From Macrostomum lignano (taxonomy: Eukaryota): a stretch of 64,000 bases of DNA. The position numbers and the translations under genes were made by a program. Within the stretch, counting starts at the first letter, position 1. Every line of letters begins with the position of its first letter. This document shows positions 10,601 to 22,600 of this stretch, one piece after another. The notes under the pieces are model-generated. The model was given only the letters and a program-made list of their open reading frames with translations, ran no database searches and was not told the origin of the DNA. Where the stretch lies: contig NIVC01002689.1 in the NCBI GenBank assembly GCA_002269645.1, positions 62,001 through 126,000 of the forward strand. Reading direction: 5' to 3'.

Positions 10601-13600
10601 AAAAGCGATAGCATTTCCCTGTCGTACACCCGTAATTCTGGACCGCGACAGTGCGTACATACTAATATTAAGAATTCCGCTGAAATACAAGAGAATCCAC
10701 TGACGATTTTATCTCCATTAATGAAGTCAGTAGAAACGTATAGGACATTTACAATAGCGCCGTTGTCTGGTCCAGAGGTCTTGTATAAATATTCACTCTG
10801 ATCACGCTTATCTGAATCCAACTCTCTGAGTGCCACAGCTTGCCTACTGACATGACTGAAGACACTAGAACTTACCTGATTCATCACTTCAGTCTTCCCA
10901 GGTAGTTTTCAAAACAGAAAGTAAAAAACTGCCCAAGGGGCCATAACGCTTGACAAAGTCAAAAGATGCCAAAGAATATGAAAATTGTAGGAAATTGAAC
11001 TACTCGTAGAACCAAACAGCTCACGTGCCTGAAAAACAAACAGCTTAATAGCACTGGCTGCCTGCTCGTGCAACTGATTAAGTTGATGGGAAGCAAAGAC
11101 AAAAATTGCAAAGTGTAGAAGGAGAAAATGCTGAAAGTACAGGACGGGCTAGTAGGACTTGAAAAGAAAGGGGCCACAGTAACGAATAAGAGAACGAAAT
11201 CCATTTGCCTTATAGTTGCTCAGCCCTTTGTCCAATCGCCTCGTGGCGCGCTGGAACTCACAGGGAAATCTACATTCTGCAAGACGCGATGCTGTCAGAT
11301 AATGCGGTTAACTGAGCACTGGAAAGAGCACAAAAAAGACGAAACGACTTGACCTTTTGAAAATAAAACTTGAACAGACGCCTGAAAATTCCAAGACAAA
11401 CACTAGACGTAGACGATAGTCCAATGGGAACTCAGTCAACAAGGATGCAGTGCTACAAAGCAGAGACAATCTTTGCTGGTTATTTTCTTCTTTTTCAGCA
11501 TGCAGCTAATTCTCACTAGGGGCAGCAACAGACACAGGGAAAGCCATCCGGTCGTTTTCTTTCTTGGCAGTGACTCGGCAATAGCCACACCCGTTAGTAG
11601 AGGTATGACCAGCGATACATTGTATAAAAGCACGCATAGGAGCATCGCAAATGAACGTTAGATAACTGAGCTTAAAAAGCTTACCGTTATACTCAAACCC
11701 TGTCTGCCTCAACAGACGGACTTCGTTGACAAAATCGTGCAGATACTCATCGACGCTTAGCTTAAAAAACCCCATAGAGCAAAGCAACAGGAAGAATTAT
11801 ATGAGAGCCTTCAAACTAGATTAGAATGGGCCAAAGAGACGCAGAGCTGCTCTTGTAAAGATGCAATCCGTCGATATTGATAAGCTCGTCAATGACAATG
11901 GCAGATGATTCAACACGCAGTGAGTGAGTCAAGGCAAAGCAACGATTTATCTAACCAAAACTTGATTGTAAAGGCTCAATTAATTGCGAATGGAAAAAAG
12001 CTTAGGCTTCCACTTAGCCTTGCGTGCTATTATATATTGTGGTTGATCGATATGCAATACGATGTACATAATGCTAGAAGGGCCAAAGCTCAAGCCGATT
12101 GGCTGCAGAGGAGAGAAGAACTGAATGGGGTGGGGGTTTGAATATTGCAAGGGCCGAAGGGTTAAGTTGGCTGGCGGGAGAGAGAGTACGACCTACATTG
12201 GACAGCGGGGCTGACAAGAGCGCGCAGCGCACGGGGACGGCTCACATTGATGTTCTCTCGAAAGGACATGTAAGAAAAAGTACCACCGCAGGTAAGCGAC
12301 AATGCAGGGGCCACACTCTTCCTATTCCCGTTCGTCAATAGGTAAAAAGACGGGGGGGAATTGGCACCCATTTGAATAAGAAGTCGAAGCAAGTACTCCA
12401 CTGCAGCACGAGACAGATTGAACATCAGAACAAACAAGGCCAATTCATAGGCAAAATCAAATTATGGCACATCCACAATCTCGTCAGCAGCTTCCACATC
12501 CACCACGTCATCGCAGGAGTAGTAGCTGCGGTTGTCCGAGGATTCGTCGTCCGTCCGACTCAGTCACTTCAAAACCTCGCGTTTGTATCACCCATTGCAC
12601 TGGTCTCAAGTGTGGCTTGGACGTCCTCGAGCGTAGCCCTCAACGAAGCACTACGCCTCTGTCGCTTAGCTTGACTGTACGATGCCATTGCTGGAAGGAT
12701 TCCCGGGATAGAATACAGTTACTTTATTGTTCGGTATAAACAAGATAACCTGTAACACATCGTTTATTAAAAAGCCTTTAATATAAGCAAAAAAAATAGT
12801 GGAAACACAACTCTAAAACTGAAGAAGTATTAATGCAGCGAATGAGTTGCTCTATAGGGCCGTATGCAGAAAGCTCTGTCTAGGGTAGTCCGGTCTTGAA
12901 AAGCTAGTCTGGACTTAAATTTGGTATGCAGAAGCGCAAAGTTAGACCAGTCTACTATAGACAGAACTAGGGTAGCTGGACCATAATACCATAGACTGAA
13001 TTACCCAAGTCCGGACTAGCTAGTCTGGACTAGGCTTTCTGCATACGGCCCAATGTTGACAAAACATAGTTTAATGACAAAGAACAAAGGCATATGCAAG
13101 TGTGTAAGTGGCCTAGCGCTAGCACATCAGGCAAATATACGAGCTAATTAAAGGTTTGAAAATTGATACACTACACTAGTGAAATAGTAGCATACGGAAA
13201 ACAATGAATGAATACAATTACTATGGAAAAACGTTTCAAAGCGGAGATAAAATAACAGGACATTGAAGAGGTCCGCTTCAGTGTCTTGTCTCTATGAACA
13301 ATATTTGAAATGTACGATATTCTTTTTCTATGATACTTTATCATTACCAGTATGGTTTATGATAAATTACTACACTGTATGACCAATCAGCTAGTGCTAA
13401 TTAGTATTCAGTAAACTGCTATTTGAATCTACCCTCTCAGGTTGACAACGCACTCTGCCTATTAGAATTGGGCGTCGAACGCGGTTTCACTGGCTTAGAC
13501 GATCTGCTAGAAGAGGTCCGCTTGCTGGCCAACTTTGTGTACGGCGGCGGCGGCAGTGTCGGAGGCGGCAGCAGCGGCGGCACCGACTATCTTCGCCTAG

Positions 13601-16600
13601 CCAACCTGCGCGACCTGATCGAATTGGAACGCTGCCAATTATTGATTAGCCGCCGAGAATCTAAAGAAGATTTCCTATCGGATGTTACTAACCGATTGGC
13701 GCCGCATCTGGCTAGGCTGGAGGCCAGGCAGAAAGGCCTCGGCAGAGATCTGTTGCGCAGGCTCCTACTAGGCCTGGCCAATGAAGGCCAACTAGGCTTA
13801 GTAGCAGCCTATGTTGAACGGCCACCAGCTAGTTCGTATGGCAATTCATCAGCGGCTGGGTTCTTAGCCGATCAAGCTCTCTTAGCCGATGTGGCGCTAG
13901 AAGCGGCCTATGTCGATGCCGATTCGGTCGACCTATTCGCTGCTGGGAGACTGGCAGATCTAGTTGCTCAGCTCACCTCATCAGTAGCTCCTGCCGTTGT
14001 TGAAAAGGCTAAAGTACTTCGTCAACGCGTCGACGCCTGTCGTCTGGTGGCTTCCCGACGCGGCGTCGGCACCGTGTCCGCCGCTAGGAGCCCGGCAGCT
14101 TTAGCTTCGCTCGACGCTGCCAAAGCCGACCTATTGTTACAGCAGGTGGCTAGACAAGAAGTTCAAGTGTGGTGCTCGGAGTCTGTTTCGGCTGGAAAAT
14201 TAGATTCGAATAGTTCGTCGGGTTCGCTAGTTGACCTGCAGAAGGTTACCAGTCTGTTGCGGGATTTAGATACGCTAGCTACTGGAGCTCTAGCCGCTCT
14301 GGTCACCGCTGGCCGACCGATACGTCTCCTACTGCAGTGCATGCTGTCGGCTGGTCAAATTGGATTGATCAAATCCGCGATCGCGCATTTAGAATTAGAG
14401 CCCGGCAGGGTGCCGTCGCGTAGGCCGCACGTGCCCTATATGGACTCTGTACAGTTGATCACATCGGCTGCTATTGATTATTTCAATTCGGCTGCTAGCG
14501 CTACAGATCCTACTATTGCTTTGGCTAAGCGTTGTCTAGCCTATTTGCCGGCTACTGAGTCCGCTGCGCGTAAAGAATTAGCCCTAATTGAAGCTCTGGT
14601 CGCTCTTGAAGATCTTGCCGTTCCAGTGCTGCCAGTCGGTTTGAGAGGGCACGCCGACCCGGCCGGGTTGATCTGTAAAGCCATTAAACGGCAGGGTGAC
14701 TTGTACAAGCGGCTGGACGAGTGAGTGGCTTTCGATTGGAGTTTGTTGGGATTTCTCTTGGAAAATCTCTAGTTCGGAATTTCTTTGGGAATCTCTAATT
14801 GGGAATTTCTATAGGAATCTCGAATTGGGATTTCCTTTGGGGAATCTATTTAGGATTTCTTATGGGCAATCTCTAGTTCGGATTTCCTGTGAGGAATCTT
14901 TAGTTGGGATTTCCTTTGTGAAATATTTAGCTCGGATATCCTTTGGGTATTCTCTAGTTGGGATTTCCTTTGGGGAATCTCTAGTTTAGATTTCCTTTGG
15001 GGAACCTCTAGTTGGGATTTCCTTTAGAGGATCTCTATTTGGGATTTCCTTTGGGGAATCTCTACTTGGGATTTTCTATCGGGAATCTCTACTTGGGATT
15101 TTCTATCGGGAATCTCTAGTTGGGATTCCCTTTAAGAACTATATAGATAGGGTTTCCTTACGGGGTAACCTCTAGTTAGGGTTTCCTATGGGGAATATCT
15201 AGATAGGATTTCCTTAAAAGTATCTTTTAGTTGCTTCTTTTGGAGAATCTCCAAGCGGGTTTCCAATAGGGAATCTCAAAGAAGTATTCTATGGGGAATC
15301 TCTAAGGGGGTTTCCCATGGGGAATCTCTGAGGGGGTTTCCCATGGGGAATCTCTGAGGGGGTTTCCCATGGGGAAACTCTAAGGGGGTTCCCGATGAAG
15401 AATCTCTAATAGGTTTTCCTATGGGGAATCCTCAGTTTGGGATTTCCCGTAATAGACTAAATCAGCCTTAATCTAGAACAATCAGTCGATGGTAGTGCAG
15501 ATCAGAGTCTGGTGCTCAGGGATCAACTCAGACTAATTCCCATTTATAATCCCGCAGCCTGTTGCGAGTTTGCGATCTGCTCGCCCTGCCAGCGTCTGCT
15601 TCCGCCTCAGTTCAACTCTCAGCCGGAGGGGCCGCCCTCACGGCTGGCGACTTCAAATTCGCTTCTCGTCTCTGCCTTCGTTTGATTGACAGGACAGCAG
15701 ACCCTGATGGACAGGGCCGGTTGAGCTCCGCCTGTCCGGATGCCTGGCGCATCTGCTACGCCCTGCTCACCCGCTGGCCGGATAGTCGTTCCGGCTCAGC
15801 GGCTGATCGCCTTCGCATGGCTCGGTTCTGCACCGTCTACTGCTCATCCGACATGCTGGAAGCTGCCTGCGACCTACTCGAAGATGTCGAATGCTTGACC
15901 GCTGGCACTGCTGGCGAGGAAGACGTGGAAGCAACCAGTTTTGCAGCTGTTGACGATCCAGAAGATGCTCAGCAGGCGTCGTCGCTTACCGCCGTAGTTG
16001 AAGGCGGAATTCGCGGCGTATTAAAATCGGCGGCAACGTCAAAGAGATTGTTTGACAAGACTCTGTCTAGTCTGGGCGTGGATTTGTCAAAGTCGAATTT
16101 CATTGGGTAAACTCATTCCATGTGTTATCATTTTTTTAAACTGGACCTGTAGTGTATAAAGTTGTTTACACAACATATTAATTAATAAGCTAAATACTCT
16201 CTCACTCTCTCCCACCCTATTTCTCCCCCTCACTCTCCCCTCTCACCCTCTTTCTCCCGCCTCACTCTCCTATCTCAGCCTCTTTCCCCCTCACTCTCCC
16301 TTCTCACCCTCTTTCTCCCCTCACTCTCCCCTCTCACCCTCTTTCTCCCCTCAATCTCCCCTCATTCTCCGCTAACCCTCTTTCTCCCCTTACTCCCCTC
16401 TCACCTTCTTTCTCCCCTCTCACCCTCTTTCTCCCCTCACTCTCCCCTCTCACCCTCTTTCTCCCCTTACTCCCCTCTCACCTTTCTCCCCTCACTCTCC
16501 CCTCTCACCCTCTTTCTCCCCCCCTCGCTCACCCTCTTTCTCCCCCCCCTCGCTCACCCTCTTTCTCCCTTCACTCTCCTTTCCTCAGAGAGAGAGAGAG

Positions 16601-19600
16601 AGAGAGATATCTGCAGATACTAATATTCAATTCAACAAAAAATTATTCTATGAAATGCCTTTAAGAGATGAACGATAATAAATCTGTTCGAACAATAATT
16701 AAATTTCAGCCTGTCATCAAAGCATGCAACCACAGGGAAGTTCCCTAATCGATCGAGTTCAACAACCGCCTTTGGCCAACCTGACGAATTTCGCGTGCTA
16801 CAATCGTTATTTTATAATAGCTGCAACGATAACAGCGCCGATGAGTCAGATTGTAGCGGCGGAGTTGAACCGTTTCTCCAGCAGGTGACAGCAACAGCTG
16901 CAGATTCCACAGGTGTCAATCAGGTGGCGCTGGCTAGTTTAGCTGCCGCTGAGGATCACGATGACCGGCTACAGCAGATTCGGTTGTTACAGCGGCGGCT
17001 GAGCCGGTATCCTGACGATGCTTATAGAGACACTTGCCAGTTAGAGTTGGACCAGCTGCTTGCAGACCTGACTGTCAGTCGTTGTCAGGTGTCAACTTTG
17101 TACGCTTTCTCGGTGGCTGTGTCTACTTGTGCCGATGTGGTCGCTACAGAAGCCGCAGTTCGACGGTACAAGCCCGGGCCGAAACTGCACACCTTCGCGT
17201 TGGTTGCTATGGCTTATAAAATCCTGTTGAAACGGCAGGAGAGGGCCGGGTTTAAGAATCGGCAATCCGCTGCTCAGGATGGTGAGGTCGTTTGGTTAAT
17301 TTGGGGATTCTGGGGATGTAGCTTAGCCGCGGTGAACGCGTCAAGATCCATTGATTTTGTGCTCTTGCGCGAAGCTTAGTGGGGGCGGGGGAGCGTGGTT
17401 GTTGGGCGATTCACATTGAGCCTCTCTATACGGCCCTTGGGTCCTTTAAAAACTTCACAATAGCAATCCTGTTCTCTCAAGGCTTGTGTCTCTTCTTAGC
17501 TCTCTTACTTCCTCTCTTCTATCTCTCATCTCCTCTCTCCTCTATTCTCTCTCCTTTTCTCTCTCATCTGGCCCGCAACCATTAGCAAGGTTCTTTATCT
17601 GGCTCTCCAGGTAAAGAAGTTTGCTGACCATTGTTAAGAGGATTATTAAGAAAATTAGAGCCATAAAAATTGGTCAAAATTGAAATTAAGAAATTGAATC
17701 ATATTATACCGCTTGCTTTAACCTCTGCAGAACCTGCAAAAACCGCTGCCAAACGCCGGCAGCAGCAGAAAAAAAAGCAAACAGAGGCGCAATCTTGTCA
17801 AAGCGCGGAACAGCAAAATTGGCAGCATCGTCCGCTCGATTTGATTGGTCGCCAACTTCGCCCCGGTCGTATCTATGCCGTTGCTAAGTCTCTTCTACAG
17901 TTGGCAAATACCGCCGCTGCTGAAGCAGAAGACACAGACAATGACAGTGTTTTAATAGACGAGTTCCGCAAATGCGAAAGTCTGTTAGCCGACTGCGACC
18001 TGGCTAGTAGATTAAGTGACACCTGTCCCAGTGTTAGCCTGCAGCGATTCGCTAGCGATGCCGATTATCGAACTGACACTGTGCTGGGATTGGCTATGAC
18101 TGCCGATGCTAAACAGCTGGACTTGGCCAGAGCTCTGGCTGCTAGGTATGCTCACTGAGTGCGGAGTCCGTGTGGACATTTAGGGGGCAGGGCGGATATA
18201 AAATTCTGTAGTGGGAGCGGATGGAGTCTGTAGTGGAGGGCGGATTGAGTCTGTAGTGGAGGGCGGATTGAGTCTGTAGTGGAGGGCGGATTGAGTCTGT
18301 AGTGGAGGGCGGATGAGTCTGTAGTGGAGGGCGGATTGAGTCTGTAGTGGGGGCGGATTGGTCTGTAGTGGAGGGCGGATTGAGTCTGTAGTGGAGGGCG
18401 GATTGACTCTGTAGTGGGGGCGGATGGGTCTGTAGTGGGGAGCGGATGAGTCTGTAGTGGAGTGTGAATGGAGTTTGTAGGAGGGAGGAGCGGATGGAGT
18501 CTGTAGTTGGGGCGGATGAAGTCTGTAGTGGGCGCATGCAGTCTGTAGTGGGGGTGGATGGTGTCTGTAGTGGGGGCAGATGGTGTCTGTAATGGGGGCG
18601 GGTGGAGTCTGGTGTAAGGCAGATAAAGTTTAGTGGGGCGAAATGGTGTCTGTAGTGGAGGGCAGATGAGTTCTAGTGGGGGGAGTACTGCAGTCTGTAG
18701 GAGGAAGATGGATCTGCATGGTCAGTGAATGAGTGCGGATAAAGCCTGTAAGCAGATTGAATAGTTGTAAGGAGTTAAATGTTAGTATTCGAATAGCTGC
18801 AGTAGCGCTCTCTAATCTCAACCAATCCCATTTATCCCGTGGCATCAATCCAGATACTCCATATCGGACTGGGAGGTGTGCGCCACCCACCTGGAGCACC
18901 TGTTCTCTGAGTCGCAATCGGTTGTACCGTTGGACAGCCTCCGTTCCAGTCTGGAGCCGTTGCTACCCAGCCTGCGTTCGCAGCCTGACGAATTTCAGCG
19001 TCTACTTTTAACTAGCGTCTATCCGACCCTGGACGGCACCGACCTGGCCAAGCTGATTTACTTTTACAGTTTATTACCCGGCGAAGCCGTCTGCGCTGCA
19101 GGCCGCACCGCCGATTGGCACTGCAAAACTCTACGAAAGCTGCACTCGGCCGGCACTCGCGGTCTCGACTATCGTCGCCTAATTGTTGCCGGCGAAGATC
19201 GACAAGCCGACGCCGGTGCCGACGTGCTTGACAAAGTTCTAGCTCCGGCCTTGACTCCGCAGAATGTTGGCACGTTGGCTAAATTGGCGCCAAGCGTCGG
19301 GCTTCGGCCTGGCGCCGTTTATGCACGCTGGATTGGTCGACTGTTCTGGGGCGATGGCGAGGGCGAGGGCGAGGGCGAAGTGAATTGGCTGCATCGGTAC
19401 GAGGCCTGTTCGCCAAATTTGACTAGACTGGACCCTGTCGATTATCTGGGATTTCTGCGAAGCGTTGCTTTCGGTTAGTTATTTACCTTTTACTGTGTTC
19501 TACTTGCAAGCGTGGAAGAGCGCACTCCTTAAGCACAACCCAAACATGGTCGACATTAACAACAGGTGTGACACAGCGCGCACTCATAGGCAACAGGTGT

Positions 19601-22600
19601 GATAATAATCACACTTGACAGGGGTATCACTTAGTAGTTTTTTGTCAATCTACTCCCTAAAGAAACCTTCCCAATTCCAGGTGCGCGCGCTGAGTCCGTG
19701 CCAGCCGATACCCGATTAGAAATCCTTCGACGCGCGGTGAAATTTTGCAAGCAACAAGCTCAGCAGCAGTCTTCATCGTCTAACCAGTCGCAACAGGCAT
19801 CTGGGAAGCGCAAACAGCAGCAGCAGAAAGGTGAAGCTCGGTTCTCACACCTGTTTTAACCGATAGATACAACTTAGTGTTTCATTACTTTGATCTCTAC
19901 CGCACCGATCGCTCAATCCTTTGATCTCTACCGCACCGATCGCTCAATCCTTTGATCTCTACCGCACCGATCGCTCAATCCTTTGATCTCTACCGCAATA
20001 ATCACTCAATCCTTTGATCTCTACCGCACCGATCGCTCAATCCTTTGATCTCTACCGCAATAATCACTCAATCCTTTGATCTCTACCGCACCGATCGCTC
20101 AATCCTTTGATCTCTACCGCACCGATCGCTCAATCCTTTTATCTCTACCGCACCGATCGCTCAATCCTTTGATCTCTACCGCACCGATCGCTCAATCCTT
20201 TGATCTCTACCGCAATAATCGCTCAATCCTTTGATCTCTACCGCACTGATCGCTCAATCCTTTGATCTCTACCGCACTGATCGCTCAATCCTTTGATCTC
20301 TACCGCACCGATCGCTCAATCCTTTGATCTCTACCGCAATAATCACTCAATCCTTTGATCTCTACCGCACCGATCGCTCAATCCTTTGATCTCTACCGCA
20401 ATAATCACTCAATTCTTTGATCTCTACCGCAATAATCACTCAATCCTTTGATCTCTACCGCAATAATCACTCAATCCTTTGATCTCTACCGCACCGATCG
20501 CTCAATCCTTTGATCTCTACCGCAATAATCACTCAATCCTTTGATCTCTACCGCAACAATCACTCAATCCTTTGATCTCTACCGCAACAATCACTCAATC
20601 CTTTGATCTCTACCGCACCGATCGCTCAATCCTTTGATCTCTACCGCAATAATCACTCAATCCTTTGATCTCTACCGCAATAATCACTCAATCCTTTGAT
20701 CTCTACCGCAATAATCACTCAATCCTTTGATCTCTACCGCACCGATTGCTCAATCCTTTGATCTCTACCGCAATAATCACTCAATCCTTTGATCTCTACC
20801 GCACCGATTGCTCAATTCTTTGATATCTACCGCACTGATTGCTCAATCCTTTGATCTCTACCGCACCGATTGCTCAATTCTTTGATCTCTACCGCACCGA
20901 TTGCTCAATCCTTTGATCTTTACCGCACAGATTGCTCAATCCTTTGATGTATACGGCCATTTTTGCGTATCTTTAAATGAAACTTTTAGGTTAAAATTAA
21001 ACTTTTCAGAGCGTTCAGCATCAGTAGAAGCTGATTCAGCGGAAGCGGCAGCGCCAGCAGACTCAACTAATTGGCCAGCAGCTGCCGAGACCGCTTCGTC
21101 CTGGCTGCAGCACGCCCGTTCAGTTCGCGAACGTCTGCTGCCTCTGCTGCTGCAACAGTCTTCTAGCAGCAGTAGCTCCATCGCTGCGGCTGCAGCGGCA
21201 CTGGGTCCGGATCGCTCCGACGCTGAACAGCTGATCGAGCGCCTGCTAACCGACCAGTCTGTACCGCTGGAGTCCACTCTGGCAGTTGCCGAGGTGGCCA
21301 AGCTGACTGGCGCCGACGTGTCCAATCTACTTCGATTCGCTGTACGTAAAAGAATTTGCGAAGCTAACGAAGACGCCGATTGGATTATTGGCCTGTCCAG
21401 TCTGCTAGACGAATTGCGAGAGCCGCTGCAGTCGTCTCTGGCTGCCGCTATCAATGATGCGCCTGTGTTGGCAGCGTTGAAAGACTGTCTCGGCTCCGGA
21501 CAGACTCTATCAGCTGACAGGCGCTTGTCTGTGCTAGATTTTCTAGCTAATTATTTTGAACTGTCGGGCGACCGGCTGTTGCCTCTGCTGGCCGAGCACG
21601 CTGTTGAATGCTTGACTAGGTTGCTACCCGATTCTTGTGGCATCACCGCTAGTCAATTGTTGGAGTCTGAGTCTGCCAGGTGTGAAAAGCTTGTCCAATT
21701 GATGCAGGAGTGCCGAACTCTGGAGCAGGTTTGTTTCTGTTTTTCTGTTTTTTGTATATTTATTTAACTTCTGTTTAATGTTCTGTCAGTCTTAATGTCA
21801 GTGTGCTGTTTGATGTGCTGTCAGTCTAATGTCAGTGTGCTGTTTGATTTTCTGTCAGTCTGTAATGTCAGTGTGCTGTTTGGTGTTCTGTCAGTCTGTA
21901 ATGTCAGTGTGCTGTTTGATTTTCTGTCAGTCTGTAATGTCAGTGTGCTGTTTGGTGTTCTGTCAGTCTGTAATGTCTGTGTGCTGTTTGATGTTCTGTC
22001 AGTCTGTAATGTCAGTGTGCTGTTTGGTGTTCTGTCAGTCTGTAATGTCAGTGTGCTGTTGGATCAGTCTGTAATGTCAGTGTGCTGTTGGATCAGTCTG
22101 TAATGTCAGTGTGCTGTTTAATGTTCTGTCAGTCTGTAATGCTGTTTGATGTTCTGTCAGTCTGTAATGTCTGTGTGCTGTTTGGTGTTCTGTCAGTCTG
22201 TAATGTCTGTGTGCTGTTTGATGTTCTGTCAGTCTGTAATGTCAGTGTGCTGTTTAATGTTCTGTCAGTCTGTAATGTCAGTGTGCTGTTGGATCAGTCT
22301 GTAATGTCAGTGTGCTGTTTAATGTTCTGTCAGTCTGTAATGTCAGTGTGCTGTTGGATCAGTCTGTAATGTCAGTGTGCTGTTTGATGTTCTACCAGTC
22401 TGTAATATCAGTGTGCTGTTTGATTTTCTGTCAGTCTGTAATGTCAGTGTGCTGTTTGATTTTCTGTCAGTCTGTAATGTCAGTGTGCTGTTTGATTTTC
22501 TGTCAGTCTGTAATGTTAGTGTACTCTTTGATGTTCTGTCAGTCTGTAATGTCAGTGTGCTGTTTGGTGTTCTGTCAGTCTGTAATGTCTGTGTGCTGTT

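Noticed and set aside
20901-21009. Longer NBAS exon 13 using the acceptor at 20930, as implied by the ORF track
   Set aside because: That acceptor is phase 0, but the upstream exon ends in phase 1; the acceptor at 21009 fits.
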